Origin: Chrysemys picta bellii | Lineage: Eukaryota | Assembly: GCF_011386835.1 (NCBI RefSeq) | Contig: NC_088795.1 | Span: 45,508,001-45,572,000 of the forward strand | Reading direction: 5' to 3' | DNA: 64,000 nt | Shown here: positions 14,086 to 28,020 of the stretch, piece after piece | Numbering within the stretch: position 1 is the stretch's first letter | Layout: every line of letters begins with the position of its first letter | Program-made: the position numbers and the translations under genes | The notes under the pieces: generated by a model | What the model was told of the DNA's origin: nothing | The model's database searches: none | What the model saw: the letters and a program-made list of their open reading frames with translations, nothing else

Positions 14086-16249
14086 CTAACTACTCTTATC
14101 TGTTCTCATTACACTAACAAGGGCATCTGGCTTAGGGAAAAGCAACATACTAATAATATGTGACAAAGATACTGTGTAAGAATCCCTTTGTTCACACATA
14201 TTAATAAGTATATGTATAAGAATAAGAATATGTATGTATATGAAGAAGAATAAACAAGCAAGCAAAACCCAAAATATCTCAGGCAAAAATACAGGCCTGG
14301 ATTCTACATTGGCACTAGCACTCTTAACAGTGTAGACTTCCAGACTCGGGTTGGAGCCTGGGCTCTAGGACTCTGCGACCCAGGTGACCTAGGGATGTAA
14401 CTAACCTCCGTCATTGTGGTTTGTTCTCTCTCTCACCCTCTCCCCAGAGGAAGAATCACACCTGCAGTGTAGCATTTTGTTTTGTTTTGCTCTGTGTTTA
14501 CTTAAAAGAAGGCAAGGTCAAAGAACTGCACCTTGCATTTGGAGGAGAAGATGGTGAGATTTGCAATGGCTTTTAGCCCCACAAGAAAACTCTCTCTCTT
14601 GCACAGACAAGTTTTACCCTGGGGATAGAATGTGGCTGAGGAGTGGAGCTGGCAACTGACTCAGCAACTGTAAGCCTCTTATTGGAGCTTGAGGTGGTCT
14701 TTTAGATACCCTGCTCCCAGGACACAGAGCTCCTTGAAGACACTGACTGAGACCTTGAACTTGACTTAATATAATGGAGAACAGGTTTGAGGTGCAGCTC
14801 GGGATAGAGATATTTCTCTAACAGAATATTAAAGACAATAATAGTATCTCATCCATCAACCCTTCATCACTTTTCCTTCCCTCTCCCATCTTCACTTAAC
14901 TTTTCATTTTGGGAAGCTGAACTGGGAGACCTTCAACCAGTTCCCAGCTTTCTAAAGGAATATTTTGAACTGAAATGTAAACAGAATGCTTCTCTGTAAT
15001 GGCTTTGCACTGCAGCTGAGCTGGGAAAGGAACAGACTTTTTTCTGGAGCCCCAGTCAAAGAGGAAAGGTAATGGTGTTACATCAAAAGGCCACTTCTTC
15101 CTCACTCAGCCTAGCTGTGGCACTTCGTGGCATAGGGGAGCAACCAGGTTCCTTTTATTAATACAGTGTTTACTTTAAAAAGCTGAATTGGGAGGTTTAT
15201 ACTAATACTGTATCTAGTGCTGTTTTCAAAGAAAGCCTGTGAAATGGATACATAGCTTACGTTAGAAATAATGTCAACTGCTGTGTGTCTAATTCCCTCT
15301 GCACTACACTGGAAACCTGCCTCTCAGTATTTCTGAATTATCATCAATAAGTCAAGTCATACTTGGTAATTTTTATTATTTTCTAATATTTATAAAAATA
15401 TAATAATAGTACATAAACAGTTTTATTTAAGAAACAGTTAGCATCTTTCTTTCTGAAATGTCCCTGAGGTGGTTAAGACTTTATATTTTTTCCATTGTAC
15501 TTGATTTGTGAGTTAATATTTATTGAATGGCATACTGCTTATTGTATTTATTTAATGGCATGAGTAATCCTACAATTTTTGCTAAACTGGATTCTAGCAC
15601 CACATGCTGGGCCATATTAAATTGCAATTACCAAGAATGTTAAATTAGCTGTAGAATGCTTCCACGTTACCCCTTAACAGCATAAAACCTAACAACACTC
15701 ACCAATGTACATGTGATGCATTGCCTTTCAGTACCACTGATTTCTCATGACTGCAATGTTCATTCATTGAGAGTATGGATATTTTACTGATAAGTATTTT
15801 ATACATACAATATTGACTTCTACAGAGCCAGATAATGCTCCTGTGCATTAATGCCCAGGTAAGGGACAGAAAACTCTCATACTGATCCACAATCTGGTTG
15901 GTGAAGTGAATTTTGTTTCACTATGTAAATGAATGCAATAGGCTCGCTATGCTTTATCAGTTTTGGACTAATCAGTATTCCACACCAGAGTCAGTTGTAG
16001 TCTCAAATTTAGTCATATATCTAGCAGAAACTAAACATTGGCCCAATACAGACAGACCTCTCCAACAATGCACTAGCATTTCAATGGTGTTAATGTTACA
16101 CTGCAGTGCACATCTCTTGGCACTACAGAAATGGATGAGGACTATGAAGGTATCCAGTTCAGACATATGTTTTCAGTTAGAGTCTTCAAAATAAAGAGAG
16201 GATAACATGACCATACACCATAGAGTATGAAAATTACACCATTAGAGAA

Positions 16250-18050
16250 GCATGGCCCAAAGGCCAATCCCAAAACATGCATTCTATTTATACCAACACA
16301 AACTTTTTCTGGAAAAAACTATAAAAAAAACATCAAGAGTACCTGACAGAGTTGTATAACTATTGATTTGAAAATTGACACCATACAAAGGACTTTACAG
16401 AAATGTCTCACTGGGATGTATGGATAGATATAGAACAAACTGTGTATAGGATTTCATATACACTACAAACAAAATTGCAGGTTTCTGCATAGCAAAGAGT
16501 AGAGCAACATAAAGAGTTTGGAATGTAAGGTCATAAAAGTTGACATTCTATGACTCTTCACTTCACAGTAGCTCCAAACCAATAAGACAGCCCTCACATG
16601 AAAAGCAAAGTAGGCAAAAAACTTAGCAAAGAGTCTTGCGTGTCATTTGTAAAGCTATGAACTAAACCAAGGGTATCAAGGTCAGTTTGAGAGAATGAAT
16701 CTAAATTGATATTTCTCCTGGTAACAGAGCGGGGAATGTGAATGCGCTGCATACCTCAGTTCTTTTGTCAGGATTTAGAGAAAGGGGGAAAAGTCCAATT
16801 AGAAATCACACAAGTCTAACACCTGATGTAGAGTTTTAGCACTTATTTCTACAACAGCCCTTCTTGGTCTCTTAAGTTGTTCCGGCAATGGTGATAGGAT
16901 ACTATTCTCCAGGTTATGGCCTTTTTTTTGGTCAGCAAGTAGTAACACAGGATAGAGAAGTAAAGATCGCAGCAAAAGTGGTAGGAGGATGAACGTGGAA
17001 GTCAGGGTTGGTTGATGGAACAAAAGAACTTGCAGAGGTTATAGAAATGAGACTCAAAACACTGGCTGCAAATGTCTGAATTCTTATCTGAACTACTTGA
17101 CTGCATTACCCTGCAAAACTGGGCTGGCAATCCATGAGAACAAGCACTCAAAGGAGATTTGTGGTACTTCCAGCTTCGGATAGAATTGCCTCTCATGTTA
17201 TTTCAGTAATGGCAGGCTTTGTCCAGTATTTGAAGTGGAAACTCAAGGAAGGGCAGAGAAAATGAAAAACCATATGAAAGTGTTATATTAATGTATCTGT
17301 ATCTCAAAAGAGTTTTGTTAGAGTTAGGGATGAAGGGATTTGGGGGTGGGGGGGGAGAGTGGGTAACCCTTTAGCACTCCTTAAATTGACTTACATAAAT
17401 GTCAAAAAGAAAGTGGTTGCAACTTGGAAAAGGGAGAATAAATGAAATGTTAAAATACAGCAGCAAGTTATAGAACAAGTAAAATCATATGTTTACCTAG
17501 GAAACTTGATCAGTGCCAATGGTTCCATCAAGGATGAGGTTAAAAGGAGATGTGCTTTAGCTACAAGTGCTGCACAAAACTTGATTAAATTATGGTCTGA
17601 TAAAACGTTACCTTTAGCACCAAAGTGAAAAGGTATCAAACTAGTGTGCTAACAATATCACTCCATGGTCATGAAGCAGCTGCATTAAATGAAACATTCA
17701 AAAGGCTGGAGGCAGTAAAAGTGAGAGTTCTTTGGATGATAGAAGTAAAGTAGAATGATTTTAAGATAAATAAAGAAGGTAGAAGGAAAGTAGGATGTGA
17801 AGTCAGGGTATAGGACTGGCTGCAATCAAAAAGATTACGATGGAAGACACTGTAGAAAACAAACAAGGACAGGATGCCAAAGAAAATAATGCAAATACAA
17901 CCAAAGTCAGTCAGACCTAGAGGGCAACCATGACTAGATGGCAGGGATAACACCAATCTGGGCTTAATGGAGGAAGATGCCATCGACAGGAATGAATGGT
18001 GATGCTGCACAGCTCACTGACTGTAAAGATGCCTTGGGATGAGAACGAGA
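16250..18050 (+). mobile_element. Old RTE-clade LINE remnant
   Basis: 17452-17627 translates KIQQQVIEQVKSYVYLGNLISANGSIKDEVKRRCALATSAAQNLIKLWSDKTLPLAPK (RTE RT C-terminus); a DLKIDTIQRTLQKCL-like block lies near 16370; many stops and frameshifts. Confidence 0.7.
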
Positions 18051-19079
18051 CGACAAAATGGACTCGGATCATTTCAACTCCTACTACAGTCAAAGAAAGT
18101 CATTGACGTCAACCAAAGATGGATCATGCCTTTACTGACTGCCCTTTGTTCTGGGCAACATTTACACTCAGCCTCGGTATTTTGGTGACATGCGCACACA
18201 TCCCAGGAGCAGGGGAAGAGCTTTCTCAGTTGTAACTGCTTTCACCTAGGATTAGGCTGTATTTGTCAGAGCACATTACAAGATGTCTCTTCACAGAGGC
18301 ATTTTTCTAACAGATGTGAATGGCCCCAACTCCACTAGAAATATGACATTTATAGTAAAGGGCTAAAAAGGAACAGAAGAGGTGGAAATCCTGTGCTCCC
18401 TTTGAGTCAGTCCTTTTGCTCTATATCCACGAGAATCCTAGCTAGAGACTATGATGATAGGCCCTTTAGATGATGGGCCCTTATGTGTAATAAGAATACT
18501 CTAACTGGAACACCCTTTCCTATTTCCAATTGGTTATTTTATAAAATATATTTTCATTAAAGTTTCAATAATTAGACACAAAACACCTATATTATATAAA
18601 GTACAAAGTTTATAAAACAGCCTTCCATGGTATTTTGATCTTTCACCTGTGGTCCCAGCTAGACTTAAGAAATGCAAATGTGCATCAAAAGGAAAAACTA
18701 TCCATTTTGGAACTCACTAATTTCTACCTAAAACTGTTGGGCTGAAAATGTGCAATTTTTCTCAACTGGCAGGATGGACAGAATTGGCAATAGGCAGAGT
18801 CGACATTTTCCGATTAAATCTTCAAAGGCCCAGACTCCATGACCAAAAATCTGTAGTACAGTAAATACTATTCAAAAACCTAACAGGCAAAATCTGCACA
18901 CTAATGCAATTCCACTGAGATCCAGGCAGTTGCAAAGTGGCAAACAAAAATACAATCTGGCCCACACTGGTGTTGATAGTTCATTCTTGTGGCAGGGCGA
19001 GCTTCACACATTGGCACCTAACATTTAGAAAGGAAAAGATAACTGCCACAAGTTCGAAGAGCCACCTATCTGTTGCAAA

Positions 19080-19295
19080 CAGGGCCGGCTCCAGGCACCA
19101 GCCCACCAAGCTTGTGCTTGGGGCGGCACCTGGAAGGGGGCGGTGCGGTGCTCCGGCTCCGGCCGCCGGGGAGAGCGGAGCCCCGGCTGGGCTCGCCGCC
19201 CTCCTCCCGGGGCTCTGGCCGCCAGCGGAGCCGCAGCGGGCTCGCCGCCCTCCCCCCAGCACTCCGGCAAGGCAAAAAGTCCAGAGCCGGCCCTG
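19080..19295 (+). mobile_element. GC-rich hAT MITE
   Basis: TIR CAGGGCCGGCTC / GAGCCGGCCCTG; perfect 8-bp TSD GTTGCAAA (19072-19079, 19296-19303). Confidence 0.92.
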
Positions 19296-20329
19296 GTTGC
19301 AAAGATGTACGCATCTGCCTATTTTCACATTTGCGAGCAGCTACGCTGAAATCGGGGGAACTACTTGGATGCTTAAAGTTGTACCTGTGCTTAAGTGCTT
19401 TGATGGATCAAGCCAATGTGCTCAGAATCTTGCAGGATCAAGTCTTTAATGCCTTCATGCTGGGTGGACTTTTCATGGATTAGGCACTGTATTTTCCACC
19501 GGGGAAAAAAAACAAACATTCAAAGTTCCAAAGATAGTTGAAGCGCATGAAACTTAACCCCCTAGGAAGTATTTTAGCTTTGTTAGCTTTCAAAAAATAT
19601 AGTAAAAACATATTGCATTTACATTAGAAATGCTATGCTCATTAGCATAATTGTTATAGAGTTCTTAAACACATGATTAATAGCTCACATTGCTTACTAG
19701 TGATGTCACTAAACGCTGTGCATCTGGTACATACTAGTATAATGCTGAAAAGCATGAGCATAAGGAGCATTCCAGGAGAGAACAGTTAAAAGCAATTGTC
19801 AAGTCTATTAATTAAACAGAAGCTAGCTTATTTCCCTCTAATACAAAACCTGGACTATGTCTTAGAATTCTGAGACTTTTCACTGCCCACTCAGATATTG
19901 GGCCCAAGTATGACGCCCAGGTCTTCAAGCAGGGCTGCTTTTAAAATTCATACAGCTTAACAAAACGGAATGAGGTCCAGATTTTCAAAGCCTAATTAGC
20001 GTGTGCATTCCTCTAGCTACTAAGCATCTATTTGCATTTCCATGTTAGGGTGGTGTTTTCAGAGGTTCAAAGTCCACTGATATTTCATATGAAAATTCAG
20101 CCAAAATGTGCACTTGCAGTAGGTAGCTGAAGGTTTGTGCACAAGCAAAAGCTGCAATCTGAAAATATTTTCTACATCGTCATAAACACGCACAAACTCC
20201 TGTGCTGTCCTGCACTGTTCACTTCAGGCCTGCTGTGAATAATCTGATGTCCACTGTAAATAGGGCTGAAGGGCTTGCATGAACAGTGAGCCTGGCTCAC
20301 ATACTATCTATCAGCATCTCTTCCTACAA

Positions 20330-20570
20330 TAAAGCTAAGATTAGGAAGCTGACCTGGTTCCAGAGCAAACATATTCAGATGCTGACCACAGTCTTTCTGC
20401 TTCATGAAACTACTGAACACCTTCCCCACGACAGACCATCCTCTGCTCACACAAAGGTGGATCCTGGATCCAGGATAACGTCTGAGCCAGGTTCAATGGC
20501 AAGGACTCCCATCCCGAAAAGGTGGAGAAAATTAACCAAAAGTGGAGGGACCTCTAGAAACAAGCATCAC
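20330..20570 (+). pseudogene. Degenerate Myb/SANT-like (trihelix) coding relic, probably Harbinger-derived
   Basis: Two frames give KIRKLTWFQSKHIQMLTTVFLLHETTEHL...SSAHTK and then WIQDNV*ARFNGKDSHPEKVEKINQKWRDL*K, resembling the W..I...FN...KW.DLK pattern. Confidence 0.45.
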
Positions 20571-23149
20571 CAGAAACCCCAATAGCTCAGGGAAGCAGCC
20601 CTTTCATCATTGCCTTGTAGACATAAGGGGAAATAAACGCAGTTTAAAAGCCAGCTGCTAAAGTTGCAGATTATGGATATAGGGTAGTTTGGGGAGTAGA
20701 TGGCACACAAGTGCAGATAACAAATGCTTGCAGTGGAAGAAGCAGGAATGAGACATAGTATGCCAAGAAAGCAAGAGCTCAGTGAGGACAAAGATGGCAG
20801 ACTATATTAGAGCAAATGTGGGGTCAGCCTGGAGGTTTTCCACAGAAAACCAACACCCGCTTAATATGGTGACTGATGCAGTATCCTCTCTGCACTGCCT
20901 TAAAGTGGCAAAATCTGAAATCTTATTATACATTAGGTCTTTTTGCCATGACCTTTGAAACTTCATATTAGTTTTTTAAATAACTATTCTGGGCATTTTT
21001 GTTCCACTCCAAGAAGAATATAATATGTTGAGCATGATTTTGGCTGATCGATTCATGGGGTCTATATAAAGGAGACTGACAGCTGTAACATTGGCACCAG
21101 AAAGTCAAGGGAAAACACCACAAAAGCAAAAATAAAACACTGTCTCTTTAACATGTCCATTCCTTGGCATAGGAGCCAATTTACAAACAGGCAAACCAAG
21201 GATTTTCCCCTCAGCTTGACTCAGAGACAAGCACTGCTGAAAGGGTGGAACTAATGTCCTGCTGCATTATTTGTGTGGCGAGAGAATGCCTGCCAGGCAC
21301 TGTTTCACACTCCTCCCCTGGAACCCAATAGGACTGCTTAACACTCCTCCACACCATGCAGAAGCAGCCATACAGCTGTATGATAAGAAGTACATAACAC
21401 AGTTTCTGATATCTTGGGCTTAATTTAACTCTCACTTATACTGGTGTAAATGAGGAGTAATTACAGTGAAGGCACTGTTGTAAGACTAGTGTGAGCAAGT
21501 GTAAATCAGGTCCATTTACTTTAGGGATTTATATTTTTAATATTCCTCATTTATCCTTTGGCTGAGAGGGGTTCAGTGGAAAAATTCAGGGACACCATAC
21601 GGAGAGGTATGACTTTTCTCTAGAGATGCAAATCTGAAGCATGTCACAGAGATGAAAGGTATTCCCAATCAGAAGCTGATGCCTAACTGAGAAAACTTTC
21701 AGCTGTTTGCATGCTACACAAAGTTTCTCTTTAATGAAATAAACTGATAGGCCAAAAAATGGCGGAGGGACTACCAGCCACTAGCTCTTACTTCTCCTAT
21801 TAGAAACATACGGCATACAAATGTTTCCCATTTCAGAGGGATGAATGAATATCTTTATGCATTGGGCCTGGGAAATAAGTTCTAATACTGAACTTATTTA
21901 CACACTATGTATAATGAAGACCAGATCTGTTTATAAGAAGAAAAAAGGTTTGTTTTGTTTTTTTGTTACAAGGAAAATTAAATCAAACTTTGTTGGTCAC
22001 AGCCTACTGGATGCTGGGCTTGATTTGGGACTGCCTGATGGACAAAAGGTTTCTTGAATTTACAATCTATCCAGGGTTACTGATTTCATAATGTGAGGCA
22101 TGCTTGCATTATATATTTTATGTCTTCTTTCCGTAGGCATATTTCTCCCACACACTCATAGTACAAAATTTACCTACCTCTCCTACCAACCTCATACAGG
22201 AAACACATATAATCTTTATGATACTTAAATGAGTGTATTTATGGCATGTAAATTATGCACTAGACTCTAAATTAAAATCACCCCCAGTTATTTAATTCAT
22301 GCTCTAAACCAGGCATACTCCAGAATGGAAAACTAGCTACCATTTGCACCAGCTAATCTCAACCTTATTCTATTTAATTTTCAATCAATGGATCTGCTCA
22401 GCCAGATAGCTGCACAATCTGTGTGGTTTACATTCAGAATACAGTGTAAAATCTACAAAACTATATAAAGCACAGAGACCGAGTTTGAATGGCCACATAC
22501 ATGTTCAACTACTATGTAGTGTTATCTTAGACAGCACTTTTTTTTTCCTGATAAGAGATATTTGCCTATTGGCAAATGTAGACATTGTAATAGAACTCTC
22601 TATATTTCAATCATAATCATTACTCATGGACAACCCAGTCAGTGTCCTATGTTTCCTAATGGCAGATTCATTTATTCTTTCATGGATGTTATGTAGCATT
22701 CAGATCATGGGGAATTCATATAGCTGATCAACAAGAACTTAAAGTCCTTTGCCTTATCCTGGAACATTTCCACTGGACTTTTCCTATAGTAGTACCCATA
22801 CTACCATACACCCCAATTTTAATAAATCCACATTAGCATTTTTTCCTCAGTTTCTACTTCCTACTTTCCCATCTACTGTACGGAAGGCTTTTTCCTCTTC
22901 TGCTTGTGAACAGTGCCAAATATGCAATCTTGGGGACTGAAATCCTGTTTTATTAATAATTGTTAATTTTGGTTGTGGCTGAAGCCTAAATCAGGATTGG
23001 GCACTGGACAAATACAAGGGAAGACAAGATTCATTCTCGGAAGAGTTTACAATACCAGAAGACAAGCATCATGTGAAGGGTTGGGTAGTGGGATATGTAA
23101 TGATTACACACATTTTGATTATATGTCATTTTAAAATAAATTTATTCCT

Positions 23150-23420
23150 GATTGCTCTTCCTCCTAACCTTTCTGAAAGGTGTATAGAAGAGTTAGGTCT
23201 TGAGGAGGAATATGAAAGTAAATAGAGTAATAGCTTTGTGCATCCCTTTGGGGAGGGCATGCCATGCATGGGAAGCAGAAGAGAAGAAACAAGACATATA
23301 TGTGGTAAAAGTGGAAATATAGACAGTCAAGGCTAGAGTCAGTCACTGACCAATGTGAAGAGAGACAAGAGCAAGATCAGCTATTAATGAGGACAAATTT
23401 GAACCTGATGCAATGAAAGG
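23150..23420 (-). mobile_element. L2 LINE 3' fragment (old)
   Basis: Purine-rich gggagggcatgccatgcatgggaagcagaagagaa block resembling reverse-strand L2. Confidence 0.4.
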
Positions 23421-23860
23421 GAGAAGCCACTGGAAAGATTCAACTTGTATTATTAATCCACATCACAGGCAGTAGCAGATGCTTCCCCACACTACCCACC
23501 ATTGTGCAAAAACATGGACCTTGAAAAGATCACCGCTAGCAGTGCAAAGGTGATTCAATATCTTTGTCTAGTTAATTCTTGAAACTACCAGTCAGGATGC
23601 CAGTTATACCAAATGCTGTGCGTGTGCTAAGCCACATTTTCTGCTGAGCAGCCAGAGTAACTTCCAGACACAAGAAGATGCAGCTCAGTAGCGTGAGAGC
23701 CAGGACAATCTAAGACTTAGCACAAGAAATAGGGTTATTGTTTAAAATTCTTATGTGTCAGACTCTGCTCTTATTTCCTCCCCAATCAAGTCTGTTTGGC
23801 ATGCATGGGAAATAAATCGGGACAGTATTGGCTTTACTGGTAATTTTCTTAAGTTACAAC

Positions 23861-24415
23861 TGTGACACTATGCCCCCATATTCTTCATAGAGCTATTATT
23901 ATGAAGTGAGTATGGCATAATGATGATGTACTTTGTGCAAGATAAGGTATGTGAGATATCATTGGAAAGGTTATGATTTATTGAATATGGTTATCCTACT
24001 TATATGCATGTATCATTTCTGTATCTGAAGTTAGGAATATAGAATATGTATCAATTACAAGTGTTTACATGCCTGGAGAACGCCCACTGGACAGAATGCA
24101 ATCAGTCAAGATGGCTCACTGCAAGGAAGAGCCGTTAGAGAGACCACTAGGTTTCAGAAGATATTTATCACCCACAGAGAAGCCTTTGAGTTATGGCTGC
24201 AGGGTCATGTGATCAAGTCACCGGATACTGGACACCATAATAATGCTAGTATTTTTTTTCACTGACGGGATGCGGGGGGGGGGGAAATCATACTGGAAGA
24301 CAAAGGATTCCCGCCATATGTAAAACCTATTTAAGGCAGGGGAATGAGATAATCTGGGATTGTTCTTCATGGAATCCCCACCCAGGATGACCGCTGTAAA
24401 CATCTAAGAAACAAA
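23861..24415 (+). mobile_element. Gypsy-type LTR, 5' part only
   Basis: Starts TGTGAC; recognised turtle LTR blocks (tatgcatgtatcatttctgtatctgaagttaggaatat; TATA-like cctatttaaggc); ends abruptly at a Harbinger element. Confidence 0.7.
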
Positions 24416-25137
24416 GGGCATGTCTACACGTGCAGAGTTTTTGCGCTGTCAGTTTCACCGGTGATAGGGAACTGGTGAAAGAAAAGCGCTGGTTTGTGTA
24501 CTCACTTAATTCCTCAGGCGTCAGAGAGTGTTTACATTAGCAGCACTTCCATCCCTGATGAAAGCAGCACTCTAGGGCAGCTATCCCACAGTGCTCCTCT
24601 CTCCAGTTTGACGATGGGGATGGGTCTTGTGGGAAGGGGAGTGGTCGAAGGGCATTCTGGGTCCCTGCACAACCTCCTCTCCCCAAACACTGATCAGCTC
24701 CAGTAGCTCAGCATTGCTCCAAGCAGGGGATTGTTTGCTCTGTGGAGCAGGCATTGTCACCTGGCCAGATAAGGGAGCACTTGCAAATAAAACAGGAAGG
24801 GGAGTTTCAAAGTTCCCGGGGCTTTACAGTGGGAGGGATGGATGTCTGTTTACCTGGCAACAGAGCAGCAGAGCTGCTGGCTAGTTACCTAGGCACTGTG
24901 GGATATCGTCAGGAGGCTAAAAGCTGTGTAAACAGGAAAAACGTAACATAACTTCACTTGCACATAACTTCAAAAGCATCACCAGCAAGAGCTGTACGCC
25001 TCTCATGGAGGTGGTTTTCTTTTTGTGGTGAAACATCTGAGTTTCACTGCAAAAAGTCATTGGCAAGTGTAGATGCTCCCATGGTTTTTGCACAAAAAGG
25101 GACTTTTTTGCTTTAAATGGCAAGTATAGACATGCCC
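24416..25137. mobile_element. Non-autonomous Harbinger element
   Basis: TIRs GGGCATGTCTACAC / GTATAGACATGCCC; flanks do not show a TSD. Confidence 0.8.
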
Positions 25138-27424
25138 ATGAAAAGCAGTTTCTTGGGAGTCATGGGGAGGAGGCTATTTGGCTGGTTTTTATAAGGGGAG
25201 GGATGGAGAGACTTGGAATGTTTCTGAAGAAAAAGCATGGGAGAGGAGGAAACCTTTGCTGATTTTACACTGCTTTGGAGTCAATGTGTAACTTTCACCA
25301 CAATTTTCGTCATCACTAAAGTTGGCCCCCTGTTTGTACAACAATGAACAGAGTAAATGCTTAATAAAAAAAAACAATCATATTATTTTTCATACCACAA
25401 TGTTAATGCTGTATAAAATTACTACAATAAACTCACTGCAACTGCATTTAGGGCCACACATCATGGGCCTGACTGTGTTCTCACATCATTGTGAATCAGA
25501 AGGTATTCCACTGAAGTCGATGAGGTTACATAAGTGTAAAATCAGCACAAGTGAGATCATAATTAGGCCTTGTGTATCTTCTGAAACTTTATAACAATAC
25601 TGAGACTAAGGCCCTGATCCTGCAAACACTTATACACATGCTTTCCCTTGAGCACGTTAGGAGTCCTGGTAAAGTCAATGGAACTATGCACAAATTACAT
25701 GTGTACGTGTTGTGGCATAGGGCCTAAAATGTTTAAATTCTCAAAATTTAAAAAAAATATATATATATACCAGCACAAAAGGTGTGGTTTTTAAACAGAA
25801 ACTTTGATCTCTGTATTGCAATAATTAGCGCATGCACACACATCCACCAGCTCCTTTTATGTAACTAATGTATAGAAATCTGTATGACGCTGAAGCTGTG
25901 ACTGTGGCTTTTTTATTTCTTTAACAAAATATTTGATTTACTACATGTATCTTGTACAAACTTTTCCTTTAAACAATTATAATTTTGCTTGTATTATTTT
26001 AAGTTTCAGCTGTTACTGTTCAGACTCTTACTTGTGATTATTCTTTAAAAAAAACTGTCATATGTTCTTTATCAGAGATCATTTTCTTAGTTAAGAAATG
26101 GAGTCATCATTTAAAAACCTGATGCTGAAAACATCATTTCCTGTAATAGACGACATGACACACCCATTAGTACGCTAGTAGGAATATTCAACACATTTGA
26201 CATTGTGCCAGGAAAGGAATTGATTTGATCTTGGCTCATTGACCAGATCCTAATAACTTTCTTGGCAAATAGAGCAGATCAATTTATCAAAATTAGTCGT
26301 TTCCAAACTGTAATGGCACTAAATATTTTATCTTACTGACAATGGGTACTGATTCTTTGAACATTAAATCAAATGCTATAGCAGATTTAACAAGCAGAAT
26401 AGCCTTACATAAACACACCCAAACCACCTGCCCCTAAATTATATGCCATATGCTTTCAGACAGCCAAGGGCTTCAACCAATCCCATCCCACCCTGCTGTT
26501 TCCTTAGGGTTACAGAACTAGTGGAATGTAGCCCATTCACCTCTGCCACTCCAGGGAACCTAGTTTAAAGTTCACATTTAAAAAAAAAAGTAGATTAAAA
26601 GTAAATGTACAACAGGGGAGTTCATTGGAGTTCTTTGACCCTTTGTAAACCTGACTTATTCCTGTGCTAAAATGTAGTGCTGAACTATACAGATGGGAGT
26701 ATTCTCAAAGACTAAGATGCTAAATTACTGCCGAAGTGTGTGACTGGAGCTGTCCTTGGTTGACCTTGGGTGCAGCTCCAGAGGGAACTTTTAAGTAACA
26801 ATTAAGGGCAAAGCTGGTAACCCAACACAAATATTATTGCATTACAAGCTAGCAGCCTATAAATCCCCTCCTATTTTTGAACCCCCAGAAAAAAAATACA
26901 TGCTAGGTTCCATATGGAGGGGGCATATCATGTGAGCTCAAAAAGCTATAGACCTATTTGGACTTTTTTACTACTTTAGTCTTCATATCGGGAAACTACG
27001 AAAAGCTATAAAGGTTACATTCCTTCCTACTACTTGCTACTTTGTGAAAAACAAATTAAAAGTGTAGCTGCCCAAAACTCTGTCATGTGCATTTTATTCT
27101 GGGCACTTTCTTTTTCTTCCTCCTTAGAAAATTGAATCCCCAGATGTGTCTGACTAAATAACAGAGGGGGCTGAATTGTCTCATTTTTCTGTCAAAGAAC
27201 CAGAAACAATGACTGTGTAAAGACAGTAAGAAGGGTTTTTGTTTTAATTCTATTAACTACACTGAACACCGCCTGGAATCAGACTCTAAAGAGCATTCAT
27301 TCAGCTGCTTTCACATATTATAAAGCATAAAGTTAACTTGGACATGCTATTTACTTTTGGTTTTGTTTATCATGGTTTTAATTCACACAAGAATTACACT
27401 TTTCTTGATTAATCTCAGTAGATT

Positions 27425-27441
27425 CACACACACACACACAC
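27425..27441. repeat. (CA)n microsatellite
   Basis: (CA)8C. Confidence 0.9.
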
Positions 27442-28020
27442 TATCTGTACCTTTTGGGGCAAGAGCAAGGAGCATTCAAAAAAAACCATTCAACTGAGTT
27501 AAAAATTATCAAAATCCTTTCATTTTTTCCTTTTCTTTTTTCTCTCAGATATTATAAAAAAAATCAAATAATAAAAGGATCAAAACAATAGTACCCTTCT
27601 TGGGTACCCTCAGAAAATACTTCTCCCCTTTTAAAAAACAAACCAAATAAAAACAGTTTTTCTGATTTCATTCATGTCATCTTTCAGTCTTAAAATAAAC
27701 TATACAAAATGCCAGATTAGCTATTCTTTTTTTCTCAATTCAGTATTCTCTTTTGAAATCTCTAATTCACAAGACTGCAACATATTGGAAGAGTGGGAAT
27801 CAGCATAAAATATTATTATCATTAGCATGTGTCTCTCTGCTTAACTAATCATTAGTTCTGCAAGGTGCTGGATGGGCAGCCCTAGAAAGTGAAGTCCTCT
27901 CTGTACAAGAAGAGAGAGCAAGCTTCTTCATTCTGCCCCACCAATGTGTCTTAACTGGGACCTTGAGACTGAATTAATCCCTGTTCAATTCTTGGCCTCC
28001 CTGTGGAGTCTTCCAGCAAT

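Noticed and set aside
15825-15875. 33-nt plus-strand microexon candidate (SQIMLLCINAQ) with good splice sites
   Set aside because: No neighbouring supported exons or recognisable protein; such sites occur by chance
18937-19483. Cluster of overlapping Pro/Ala/Gly-rich ORFs suggesting a CpG-island first exon
   Set aside because: The GC-rich core is a TIR/TSD-bounded MITE; the ORFs reflect stop-codon scarcity. The same applies to 31430-31797 and 32073-32757
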